IMG/VR virus record: IMGVR_UViG_3300010373_000004
Coordinates: 1 to 64,000 of that record
Length of the DNA stretch: 64,000 nt
Direction: 5' to 3' (one strand)
Origin: a virus
Part shown: positions 38,771 through 48,420 of the stretch, piece by piece
Layout: the number at the start of each line of letters is the position of its first letter
How positions within the stretch are numbered: position 1 is the stretch's first letter
Program-made: the position numbers and the translations under genes
The notes under the pieces: generated by a model
Database searches by the model: none
What the model was told of the DNA's origin: nothing
Seen by the model: only the letters and a program-made list of their open reading frames with translations

Positions 38771-39608
38771 TTTTGAATACGAACACACTCTCGAAGAAAT
38801 AAAAGAGTGGGTTCGGAGCGATGATTTGCGGACGGCTATCAAATTAGATAGCAATAAGCGGAACATGGATTCAAATGTCATACGGCCTAATGATCCATCA
38901 TTCTATGGTGCATCATATAAAGAGTCCGTAAGACAGTTATTCGACGGTGTTGATAACTTCAATGATTGGTTGTCTAGTTCACCGCCGATGGACATTCCCA
39001 CAAAATCAATCCGGCGCCGTCGTGTTTATAGCGATAGTTCTGGTGAGATTGATATGGACCGCCGATGGGATGATTATCCTTTTGAAACATTCCATCATGT
39101 GCGCTTTGATAATCCGATTGTCAAGGTCTACATTAATGGTGGTTTTAGAGGGATGGTTCACCAACGCCATATAAATGCGTATGGAATGAAGATTTATTCC
39201 ATCATCAACGCATTAGAGACTGCGGGTAAGATGTGTGAGATTTATCTCTACTACAATACCCTCGGGATTACTGGTGGAAATGAACTCACATTCACAACAG
39301 TGAAGATTAAAGGTTCTGATGAATACGTGGACGGCAAAGTATTAGCTACATGTTTCACCAGTTTCTTCTATCGTCGTTTCATATTTGCTCTACGTATTAA
39401 GGATGCGGACAGCCGCAACGAAACAGCATCGTGGGGCATGGGTTCGTCACAACTTTATAAGCACACTCTTTTACAAATATCAGAGGCAGGAGATACTATT
39501 TGGTTGGAGGCCACCGACCCGGCTAATTTTGATGGGTCCACATACACAAAGGCAGTCGATGAAATCCTAGAAAAGGTTATCAAAGGAAGGGACGAGATAA
39601 GCGAATGA
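38763..39608 (+). CDS. Putative AAA+ partner protein (VWA/CobT-like)
   Basis: 'SGEIDMDR' and 'IINALETAG..CEIY' pattern; adjacent to the AAA ATPase. Confidence 0.55.
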   Translation: MADFEYEHTLEEIKEWVRSDDLRTAIKLDSNKRNMDSNVIRPNDPSFYGASYKESVRQLFDGVDNFNDWLSSSPPMDIPTKSIRRRRVYSDSSGEIDMDRRWDDYPFETFHHVRFDNPIVKVYINGGFRGMVHQRHINAYGMKIYSIINALETAGKMCEIYLYYNTLGITGGNELTFTTVKIKGSDEYVDGKVLATCFTSFFYRRFIFALRIKDADSRNETASWGMGSSQLYKHTLLQISEAGDTIWLEATDPANFDGSTYTKAVDEILEKVIKGRDEISE

Positions 39609-39963
39609 AGGCAGTCACTATAACTGTTGCTTTCACAGCAACTGTGCCTGACGATGTGGAAACCGGGTATTTAGCTGTTGATTTAGATGTTGACAGAATA
39701 AAGCTTGTCAATCATCGGTTTAATTCTTTGTCTAGTGCTAATTGCATTAGTCATTTATCTCTGGAACCGTATCTAATAGTCGAAACATATCTTGACAGCT
39801 ATGTTAAGATATGTCTGTGGGAGTCGCCTACCTACACTGATGATGACAGGCGAGAAAGATAAAACAATTATCACTTTCTATGTTTCCAATAGGGAACAAG
39901 GTCGGGCCGTTCTGCGCATGCTCAATAAGATGCGCGTTAAGGCTTTCATTGTGAGGCCGTGTT

Positions 39964-40182
39964 ATGCCTAATCTCACTGAATATCTGGATGCGACCATGC
40001 CAGATGTAATCGAGGAAGAACAACTGGAAGAAATGAATCGTGAAGTAACGATTATGCTTCCACCAATGGAAAAGAAGGATAGGCGTCCTAAGTGCAAGGT
40101 CTGCAATAAGACCAACATTTATGGTCGTACAATCAAATTTAGCTATTGCGAACAGCACTGGCCAATGAAAGCGGAAGGATAA
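39964..40182 (+). CDS. Hypothetical Zn-finger protein
   Basis: CKVC...YCEQHW. Confidence 0.45.
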   Translation: MPNLTEYLDATMPDVIEEEQLEEMNREVTIMLPPMEKKDRRPKCKVCNKTNIYGRTIKFSYCEQHWPMKAEG

Positions 40183-40429
40183 ACAAATGCCACGTAAGAA
40201 CGGACCCACTCATAAGAGGAACGAACGCAAGTATAAGAATAAGAGTCGCCCAGCTTGTCCTGGTGGAAGTTGTGGCTCTCTTACATGCACTGTTTGTCGA
40301 TCACCTTGGAACAATCGTAGTTCCAATAAGTAGACGCAGATGGGACTGGAGAGAAATCTCCAGTTTAATGCGGCAGTTCCGAATTCCAAAGCACGGAACA
40401 AATAACAACCGCAGAAGAAAGGAACAGTA

Positions 40430-41227
40430 ATGTTCTCAAACCTTCCTAAGACTCAAAAGACCGCGCAGGAGCAAGTGCTGGATGCTATGGCAGTCAGTCG
40501 TTTTGTTTTCCATCTGACAGGTTCTCGCTTTTTCGGAACTAATCGTGAGGACAGCGATTACGATTTCTTTGTCGAGGATGATCATTATTCGCCTTTCGTT
40601 GGAAATGTTCGCTCATGGCTCATAAGTGAGGCTTTCTATTTGATGGATAAGAGTGATTATCTGTCAACTGTTCAGGGCATCAATGATGTTTACCAGCATG
40701 TTAGTGCGAACATTCAGGTCCAGGTTGTTCAGGATGCTACTAAGAAGCAGCGCATTCAAGACGGGATCAAGAACAGTCCTGAATGCATGAACGTCATTAA
40801 GCAGTGTGACAAGTCTCGCAATAAGGGTTTGTGGGAAGCTCTTTACATCATGGATGCTTTCAAGCCTGCTCCAAAGACTCCCGTAAACAAGATTCTCATG
40901 ATCAAGAATGTTCGTGAGTTGTCTGGATGCGGATTGAAGGAGGCCAAGGATTTCGTTGAGGGAGTTTTGATTCCCAATTTCAATGGAACGCCTGCAACAA
41001 TGGAAGTAAACGCAACAAAGAGCGTTGTTCCTGTTGTGAATTCTTCTCCACTTCCAGTTATCGCATGTGGTCGTTGCGGACTGTCACTAACGCGGTTCGC
41101 CTGTTATCGACAAGATTACCGAAACAATAAGCCGCTGTGCTTTAATTGCTGGATTAATGAACGGACATATGTTGATCCGATCTTTGTTTCAGACTGGATA
41201 AGCACACGCAACACAACCACCGTTTAG
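40430..41227 (+). CDS. Pol-beta-type nucleotidyltransferase fused to a bL12 C-terminal-like domain and a Zn finger
   Basis: 'LTGSRFFG...SDYDF' NTase motif; 'NKILMIKNVRELSGCGLKEAKDFVE' L7/L12 signature; CGRC...CFNC. Confidence 0.75.
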   Translation: MFSNLPKTQKTAQEQVLDAMAVSRFVFHLTGSRFFGTNREDSDYDFFVEDDHYSPFVGNVRSWLISEAFYLMDKSDYLSTVQGINDVYQHVSANIQVQVVQDATKKQRIQDGIKNSPECMNVIKQCDKSRNKGLWEALYIMDAFKPAPKTPVNKILMIKNVRELSGCGLKEAKDFVEGVLIPNFNGTPATMEVNATKSVVPVVNSSPLPVIACGRCGLSLTRFACYRQDYRNNKPLCFNCWINERTYVDPIFVSDWISTRNTTTV

Positions 41228-41293
41228 CAGAGTGGGCCGAGAGTTTAATCTCTCGGTTTAATGCGGTAAGGTCGTCACAAGCCCGACCTAAAT
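41222..41293 (+). ncRNA. Twister ribozyme, P5-permuted (variant)
   Basis: GCA-GAGTG-[P1 GGCCGAGAG/CTCTCGGTT]-TAA-TGC...GGTCG-TCACAAGCC-CGACC; P5 GTTTA/TAAAT. Confidence 0.6.
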
Positions 41294-41314
41294 ACAAACG
41301 CATTAGGAGTATTT

Positions 41315-41551
41315 ATGCTAGAGGAAGTTCTAGCGGCATCAGAGATTCAACTGAATATGTGCATTGAAAAAGGCATCTATTCATTTGAGGATTTGATGAA
41401 TCTGAGTCTGTGGGAGCGAGATACAGCTTATGCTTGTCATTTCCAGAGACAATTCGGAGTCCATTATCACAAAGCTGGCGTCCAGTACATCAAAGATGGT
41501 GCAAAGATGCCTCCGATAAATCCTGATAAGGAGATTGGTGATGCCTCTTGA
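41315..41551 (+). CDS. Hypothetical protein
   Basis: RBS AGGAG. Confidence 0.55.
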   Translation: MLEEVLAASEIQLNMCIEKGIYSFEDLMNLSLWERDTAYACHFQRQFGVHYHKAGVQYIKDGAKMPPINPDKEIGDAS

Positions 41552-41917
41552 TAAAGAGGGACAACGAATGATGAAGGATTACCTTGATGAATTAATCAAG
41601 GGAAACGTTATCACAATTCCGCGCGAAGTAAATGTTTTTCGCTCAATTTATGAGCGTGCTTATAACGACGGAAAACAGATGCAGCGCATCCGTGAGAATC
41701 AACAACTGGAAGGATTGGAAATAGCTCTCGCATTAGTATGAGGACTTATACTTCTCATGAACTTGAAACCGATGTTCTCATTGATGAATATGAGGAAGAT
41801 ATCGTTGTCAAATGGAAGATTGATGGATTCCGAAAGCGTATGACATTCCGTGAAGGTATGGAGTGGACTGCACAAACATATGTGGACACTGGCGAAAGCT
41901 TCCATCTAGTAAAGTAA

Positions 41918-42307
41918 ATGGCGAAGCAGAGTAGAAAGAGGTACGGTTTCGGCCGTGCAAGAGTAGTTCGAGAATTCCTTTACATGCTCCAAAGTGGTCG
42001 CTGCGCAAGATGCGGCGGTCAAATGCTGGCAGACAAAGTTTCTATTGATCATATCAAGCCTTGGAGCATCTACAAAAATGGTGATATCCGCAATTTATGT
42101 GCGATGCATCCACGATGTAACACTCGGAAGGGTGCTATGGAGATTGAGCCGCCATTTGTAGTGCATGTTTCCATGCAAGATTGGTTCGGATGGCTAGCAA
42201 AATGCTGGTCTAATGATCCAGATCGCTATTGGAGCCACAAAGAGCAAGAAAACATCTTCCAGCATAATAATTATAGGACGTGGTCGAGGCGTGCTATTGC
42301 TGGTTGA
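41918..42307 (+). CDS. HNH endonuclease
   Basis: CARC...IDHIKP...NL..MHPRCN.RKG. Confidence 0.85.
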   Translation: MAKQSRKRYGFGRARVVREFLYMLQSGRCARCGGQMLADKVSIDHIKPWSIYKNGDIRNLCAMHPRCNTRKGAMEIEPPFVVHVSMQDWFGWLAKCWSNDPDRYWSHKEQENIFQHNNYRTWSRRAIAG

Positions 42308-42408
42308 GTTTGTTGCGTGGGCTGTATTCACAGCAGGGTTAGCTGTTGCAATCCTGTTTTATGTGATGATAGTCATTCGTAACCTAGTAAGAGAATTTAT
42401 CCGCATTC

Positions 42409-42443
42409 GAGAAGAAAGAGAAGAAAGAGAAGAAAGAGAAGAA
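42409..42443 (+). repeat. 9-bp tandem repeat encoding (REE)4 in a small membrane protein gene
   Basis: GAGAAGAAA repeated about four times. Confidence 0.7.
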
Positions 42444-42444
42444 T

Positions 42445-42693
42445 ATGATTATAACGGCAGGTAAGCTGCGAGAACTGATTAGTGATGTGGAGAATGATGA
42501 GCTTCTTCATATCACCGCACACTCAATCACCATAAAGAAGGAACTCTTTAAGTCAGATACATCACATCTTGGACGACCTACTGCTCCTAAGAAGTACGAG
42601 TCTTATGAAGAAAAGAAGCACGCTTTTCTGGAGGCCATCAATGGCTCCTATGAGTATGAGATTTTAAATAACACAGGAGGAAAGAATGATTAG
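42445..42693 (+). CDS. Hypothetical protein
   Basis: ORF in the early operon. Confidence 0.5.
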   Translation: MIITAGKLRELISDVENDELLHITAHSITIKKELFKSDTSHLGRPTAPKKYESYEEKKHAFLEAINGSYEYEILNNTGGKND

Positions 42694-42846
42694 GTGGGTA
42701 TCTGCTATTTCTGGAGGAATACTGCTTTGTTTTCTACCAGAAATAGTTGATCAGTTTGTGTATCCAGTGTCTTATACTGTAACAATGGCTACACTTATGG
42801 CGGCTCTCGGTCTTATTATTTGGCCATTTGTTGATTGGGTGCTACA

Positions 42847-43646
42847 TGGCTGAAAAATTTGAGGTAGGAGATCATGTCTCCTTCAAAGGCTGGGAGAGAT
42901 ATAAGCGTTCTAGCCGCGAATTAGATGCATTGTCAGTGCTGCAATTAGTTCGTGGACAAGTAGAGCGCGTGGACAAAAAGACCATCATTGTTCGGTGGGG
43001 CGGTAATGTCTACAAACTAGACGCAGGTGATTTCGTTATAGAGAACCGGAAGGGTTTTCTAGCAGAAATGTATCCAGAAGAAATTGAAAAGGTGATAAAT
43101 GAGTCCGTTACAGAGACAGTTGAAGATCAAGAAGTTGAGGACGAAGAAGTTGGAGAAAGTGAAGAAAATCAACCAACTCCTACGGCACCTGAACGAAATC
43201 AACAAACAAATCAGCCAACTGGAAATGTCGAACAAATCGAGTTTCTCTCCAAGAACGCACTTAAGTTTGATCCAGCCAGCAAGATTTTCATAGGAACTGC
43301 CTATAAGAAAATCCGACTTCTAGACGGCACCTTCTATCAAGTGCAAGAAGGTAATGTTGTTGATGCAGCAATTGTCCAAGATGCTTTCAAGTTGTGGCGA
43401 CTTGGCAAGGTTTGCTATGATCGTCTGAATATCCTGTTTAGAAATGGTCAACACTTTGGCCGTGTTGAAGATTTCTTGCGAGATATTCATCACTCATGGG
43501 AACGGTGGGGTTCATGGTCGCCAGGACAAGTAGCAGCTTGTTACAAGCATATCAATAAGTACCAAGACGAAATCAAGAGATTACAAAAGGATGATTACCG
43601 TTCCATAAAGAATGGATGGGGAGTCATCGAACCAAAGGATGAATAA
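42847..43646 (+). CDS. Hypothetical protein with SH3-like N-terminus and acidic linker (start approximate)
   Basis: 'FEVGDHV...GQVERVDKKTIIVRW'. Confidence 0.55.
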
Positions 43647-43951
43647 ATGACAGCTATAATTTCAGTAGTTATCTGCCTTGCAGGAAGCATTACTCTTTTG
43701 TGGGTTTTGCCTTTCATGATTGGCTACACAATAAATGAAGTTCGTAATTCCTTTATGTGTGGTCTTACAGGTATTCCCTCGTCGAGGCGTAAGCATCGGT
43801 AAATAAAGGTAAACATTTGTCAGTAGGTGCTAGAGGGCCGTTGGTCGAGCGTGATCAGCCCTCTAGACCACTACTAAATCCTGTTTGCAAAAGTAAAACA
43901 GTATCCAGTAGTGGTATTCCCTCCCTCCCTAGGACCGTAAGGATCGGTCAC

Positions 43952-44056
43952 TATCGGTAAGAGAGAGGTAAATATGAAGGTAAACATCTGTAAGTATCGG
44001 TTAATTACATTTGCTTACACATGTTTACCCTCATATTTACCGTTCTTTTACCGATA
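43952..44056. repeat. 45-bp imperfect inverted repeat built from GGTAAAYAT units (candidate origin)
   Basis: Arms 43952-43996 and 44012-44056; extra units near 43808 and 44175-44189. Confidence 0.75.
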
Positions 44057-44193
44057 TTTACATCGTATTACGATATATCTCTCGACTCGTTTACGCTTAG
44101 AGGCTATGTATTCCCTCTGATAAGCAGGTGGTTATGTCTACCAGGGTATGTGCTCAGCGGAGGGTAAAATCGTGTTACACATGTTTACCTATC

Positions 44194-44223
44194 TTGACAC
44201 ATGCTCTCCAGTCGGCATACCAT
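44194..44223 (+). promoter_or_regulatory. Sigma70-type promoter
   Basis: TTGACA-18-TACCAT. Confidence 0.5.
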
Positions 44224-44434
44224 AGAGCCGAGGGAGCGCGCCTGGAAGTCCTATAAATAGAAATTGAAAGGGTAGTAATGTCAGTTAGAAAACCAGAAGA
44301 TGAACAACCTTCTTGGATACTTAGAACACGCAGCTTTAAAAGAGCAGTTATGTCAGATGCTCGCCATAATAGGCTGCGCCCACCAGAGAAAAAGAGAATT
44401 TTTGCTAAACATTTTTGTCGAATAGTGTGGTGGA

Positions 44435-44830
44435 ATGATTAACGCCAACTTTATTCGTCGTGTTGAAAACAATCCACGAAACATTCAATCAATAGATTTA
44501 TACATTCCGCAGACAACACTCAAAATCGAGTGGCCAGAATATGCTAGTCATTTCATGTTGAATAACATTTCTGGTTTTTCAGATTGGTTTGCGACAACTG
44601 TCACAGACATTGTGTCTGATGATAACTTTTGGGAAGAAATCTATTATATTCCTTCTAATATTCCTAACGGTCGAGCATGTTGGCTAACACTAGTCAATAG
44701 ACTTAGAAAAGAAACAGGTCGTCCAGTCATTACTTTTGAAGAAGATGAGTGGATGACGTTTCTATGGAATATGACTGGTACACGAAAACATCAAGATTGG
44801 AGAAATATGTGGCTATCCAAAGTTGGGTAA
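44435..44830 (+). CDS. Hypothetical protein
   Basis: ORF downstream of the repeat region. Confidence 0.5.
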   Translation: MINANFIRRVENNPRNIQSIDLYIPQTTLKIEWPEYASHFMLNNISGFSDWFATTVTDIVSDDNFWEEIYYIPSNIPNGRACWLTLVNRLRKETGRPVITFEEDEWMTFLWNMTGTRKHQDWRNMWLSKVG

Positions 44831-45324
44831 ATGAAGATACACTTATTCTTCTTCACCAGATGGGCATCGACTCTAACCACAAGTTAAAAGAATTAGCTAA
44901 AACATACATTAGTCGGCGTCCATCAAATTCAATTCATGGTCTAGATGTTTTCTCTCCCAGGTATTTCTTCTTAGTCGCAGCGACTATTGATGAAGGAACT
45001 ACCCAAGAACTCGTAGATCGAGCAGTTTATCTTTATCTTTCTCATTGGAAGCAAAATAATACTGATGTTCAGCGAGGATTGCAACAATTCAACACTCTAG
45101 TCGTTGCTGACTTGCGGCGATATTGTGAGCGTCATCCAGATTTTGTTAAATTCAATAACAATAGTCCTAAGTTCTCAGTCTCTCTAGTCGATAAAGAGTT
45201 TTCGTGGGAAGATTTTGAAAGAGCAAACGGAGAGCCTCTTATAGATTTGTATGCACACTGCAAAGATAAAGAACCAGAATTAAACGAAGTTCCAGATTGG
45301 AGTTGGACGGAAGAAAATGATTAA
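44749..45324 (+). CDS. Hypothetical protein (start uncertain)
   Basis: Overlapping ORF. Confidence 0.5.
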   Translation: MDDVSMEYDWYTKTSRLEKYVAIQSWVNEDTLILLHQMGIDSNHKLKELAKTYISRRPSNSIHGLDVFSPRYFFLVAATIDEGTTQELVDRAVYLYLSHWKQNNTDVQRGLQQFNTLVVADLRRYCERHPDFVKFNNNSPKFSVSLVDKEFSWEDFERANGEPLIDLYAHCKDKEPELNEVPDWSWTEEND

Positions 45325-45552
45325 GGTGCCAGAAATTTGTCCTTGTGCGCCACTTAGAGAAGAAAGACGTTGGGTTAATTCTGACAGTAACACAGGACTT
45401 CACGGACAAGGTACAGGACATATTGAACTTACTACTGCGCCAGGTTATCATGAATGGAGATATGGTGGATACAAATCAACAATCGCAAGTACATATGATT
45501 GGTTTTACTGTATTTATTGCTTAGAAAGAAAATCAGTGTAATACCTTTAGTC

Positions 45553-45581
45553 TTGACAAGGTATTCCCTTTGTGGTACAAT
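45553..45581 (+). promoter_or_regulatory. Sigma70 promoter with extended -10
   Basis: TTGACA-17-TACAAT with TG. Confidence 0.8.
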
Positions 45582-45588
45582 AGCGCGC

Positions 45589-45765
45589 ATGGAGAATCTT
45601 ACATTTCCGCTGCGCGCTAAGATTGCTCCGTCAGTAATGAAATCTATAGATGACATTGCAGATGATTTTGGTTTAAATCGTTCGGAAGCAATAAGGGCAG
45701 CTTTAAAACTGTTTATCAAACTAAGTGGAAAGCTTACACAGGAGCAAATACAAAAGTTGATTTGA
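45589..45765 (+). CDS. Ribbon-helix-helix (CopG-like) regulator
   Basis: 'IDDIADDFGLNRSEAIRAALKLFI'. Confidence 0.75.
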   Translation: MENLTFPLRAKIAPSVMKSIDDIADDFGLNRSEAIRAALKLFIKLSGKLTQEQIQKLI

Positions 45766-45978
45766 AATGGCCATTAATTTCTCAGGAATTACAATGAAGT
45801 GGTCAGGTAATTTCGTAGAATTCTACACTAGATTGTTTTGTCCTGAGTGTACGAAAATAACTCCGTGTGCATTCAGAAGTAACAAGTCATTTTTAGGAAT
45901 AGAATGTCTAGAATGTAAATATATTGTTATGTCTACAGTAATGAACGGAGAGCGCATCGTGAAGATGTTTCAAGATAC

Positions 45979-46440
45979 GTGAACCTAAAAGTATTTAGTG
46001 ACGGCGGCTCTAAGGGAAATCCAGGGCCGTCTGGTTACGGTGTGGTTATTCGTGATGATGCGAAAAATACGCTCTGCACATTCGGTAATTTTATTGGCAT
46101 TACAGGCAATAATATTGCTGAATATGTAGGAGCTATTATGGCATTACGAAAAGCTGCTGAATTTGAAGCTGAATCTGTCCAGCTTTTCTCAGATTCACAA
46201 TTAGTTGTTTGCCAAGTCAATGGTTTGTACCGCGTGCATCCAAAGTACGCGCCATACTATAGGATGCTTCTTGAATTGAAAGAGAAGTTGGCAGCTACTG
46301 TTGATTGGATACCAAGAGGCGCTAATCAATTAGCAGATAAGGAATGTGATTATGCCATTCGAAAACGAGTTACGTGTGACCCAAGAGGAATCCCAAACGA
46401 TCCTTTCTCAAATCCGTGCATCGTTTCATTCGCGGCCTAG
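45979..46440 (+). CDS. rnhA: Ribonuclease HI
   Basis: 'FSDGGSKGNPGPSGYG', 'NNIAEY', 'SDSQLVV', 'WIPRGANQLAD'. Confidence 0.9.
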   Translation: MNLKVFSDGGSKGNPGPSGYGVVIRDDAKNTLCTFGNFIGITGNNIAEYVGAIMALRKAAEFEAESVQLFSDSQLVVCQVNGLYRVHPKYAPYYRMLLELKEKLAATVDWIPRGANQLADKECDYAIRKRVTCDPRGIPNDPFSNPCIVSFAA

Positions 46441-46550
46441 CCACACGTTAGATAAAAGTATTTTAGATGAAAAAGGATGCTGCAAGTTTTGCGGAATGCC
46501 CAAAATAGAAGCGAAATGGGAAAAGCGAAAATTGCAGTGTAATTGGCCGT

Positions 46551-46781
46551 ATGGCAATTTATGAGGTAGAGCACACTAATTGGGTAGCAGTCAGAGAATA
46601 TACACTGGTTGATGCTGATTCTAAGGAAGAAGCACAACGTATATTTGAAGATAGATATGACGCCCATGCGATGGAATGGCCGCATGCTGTTCCAGAATTT
46701 ATAAATGTCCAGGTGGATAACGTTGAAAGATATCCACTTAAGAATGCAAAAAATCTTGATGCTTTTGAGATACTAGATTGA
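46551..46781 (+). CDS. Hypothetical protein
   Basis: 'VDADSKEEA' common small phage protein motif. Confidence 0.55.
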   Translation: MAIYEVEHTNWVAVREYTLVDADSKEEAQRIFEDRYDAHAMEWPHAVPEFINVQVDNVERYPLKNAKNLDAFEILD

Positions 46782-46964
46782 GTAGAATGATACTCATTGA
46801 TGATCTGCCATTGTTGGAGCACAATGAGGTAAAAGAATACACAGATGATAAGGCTGTGGTTCTTAAATACATGCTTATTCGTCAACAACACCCAATGTGG
46901 CATGTTGCAGTCGTGCCGTTTGAACCTGAAAACAAATTCAACTGCCAAAAGATAGGAACCAATC

Positions 46965-47846
46965 GTGCCAACAGAGTTACCCAAGCTAGCGACACTCCAG
47001 CCGGATAAAAATGATCCGACTTTTCCAACAAATCATGAGGCTTATATCTATGAGCCAAAGTTTGATGGAATCAGAACGCTAGTTTACTTCAACGGTGAAG
47101 ATATTAAACTGGTTTCTAGAACAGAAAAGAATGTAGATGTATCAATTAAGTTTAGAAATGCAGTCACCGAACAGCTTAAGAATACAGGCTGCCGCAACGC
47201 GATCATTGATTGCGAACTTATTGCCATTGATACTGAACACCTTACCGGAAATTTCGAGGCTTTACAAAATCGAAAGCGCTATCCTTGTATCCTACAATTA
47301 CGGGCATTTGATGTGCTCTATTACAACGGAGTGGATATTAGAGGGTACTCTACAATGGAGCGGAAAAAGGTTCTCGCAGCGAAATTCGACATTAAAAGTG
47401 TCCCATTCAAATTGGTCCCATTCGCTGACTCAGTTGATGGACTCCCTGTCTACTCCAACATTGAAGGACATGTTGCTAAGCAACGTAAAGCTAAATATGA
47501 GAGTGGACGACAGCGAACTTGGGTCAAAATTAAACCCTTCGAAACAGAGATTGTACGAGTCACTGGATACATCGAGGGTTTGGGAAAGTTCGAGAATAAT
47601 GTCGGCGCGTTAAACATCGAATGGATCATCGTTGATCCAAAAACTAAAGAAATCTCAACAAAAGATGCAGGTCAAGTAGGGAGTTTTCACATTGATGATT
47701 CTAAGCGCAAAGAAATCTGGGATAAGATTCAACTCATGGGCGAAAAGTTTAAACCATTTTTCGCAGAAGTTTATTATCTTAGAAAGACAGCAGCAGGCAA
47801 GATTTATCACGGAGTATTTCTCAGAGAAGTAGAATTAGATGTTTAA
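46965..47846 (+). CDS. ATP-dependent DNA ligase
   Basis: EPKFDGIR (motif I), IDCEL, AFDVLY, EGHVAK, WVKIK. Confidence 0.9.
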   Translation: MPTELPKLATLQPDKNDPTFPTNHEAYIYEPKFDGIRTLVYFNGEDIKLVSRTEKNVDVSIKFRNAVTEQLKNTGCRNAIIDCELIAIDTEHLTGNFEALQNRKRYPCILQLRAFDVLYYNGVDIRGYSTMERKKVLAAKFDIKSVPFKLVPFADSVDGLPVYSNIEGHVAKQRKAKYESGRQRTWVKIKPFETEIVRVTGYIEGLGKFENNVGALNIEWIIVDPKTKEISTKDAGQVGSFHIDDSKRKEIWDKIQLMGEKFKPFFAEVYYLRKTAAGKIYHGVFLREVELDV

Positions 47847-48046
47847 ACCAAATTTAGAAGATTGTTGTCATCATTGCCCTAAGTGTGACGGGTGCGGTAA
47901 TTTCTTTGATGATGAAGAACACTTTACAAAAATAATGCTTTCTATTCACACATATTGGAATCTGTGTCATAGATGCCTAGCACCTTTTCTTTTAGAGTGT
48001 GAAAAGCTTACATTAAAAATTAAAACCAGCAATCCAGACTTTTTCA

Positions 48047-48316
48047 ATGGCGATTCCTGATCCTAAAAAACTGGATATTAACTTATCTAGTAAGGCAAAG
48101 ATGCCGCCCTCCGACGCTCAGATAGCCTTAGTGGATGCTCTGTGCCGAGAGAATAAGGGCCTACGCCGCCCCGAAATGAACGCTCTAGCCGTCTCTAGGT
48201 GGCTAGATGACGTTCTAGACCGCCTGGAGCCGGACGAACCGGCCACCGTGATCCATGAGGATTTCGGCCAGTGGTCCGAATACTACGGGGAAAATTTCAC
48301 AGAATTTGGGTGTTGA
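48047..48316 (+). CDS. Hypothetical protein
   Basis: 'PPSDAQIA' small ORF. Confidence 0.45.
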   Translation: MAIPDPKKLDINLSSKAKMPPSDAQIALVDALCRENKGLRRPEMNALAVSRWLDDVLDRLEPDEPATVIHEDFGQWSEYYGENFTEFGC

Positions 48317-48341
48317 CAGGCACCGCAGGCTATGGTAGTAT
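48313..48341 (+). promoter_or_regulatory. Sigma70 promoter with extended -10
   Basis: TTGACA-17-TAGTAT with TG. Confidence 0.75.
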
Positions 48342-48420
48342 GGTTGTAGACGGTGAGGCGGCCAGCCTGACGCCGCCAGCCAACAAAAAACAAAAATTTA
48401 GGAATTTAAGGCACAAACAA

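Noticed and set aside
43800-44270. CRISPR mini-array
   Set aside because: Repeats are short, inverted and irregularly spaced; the Cas4-like gene is a typical solo phage nuclease
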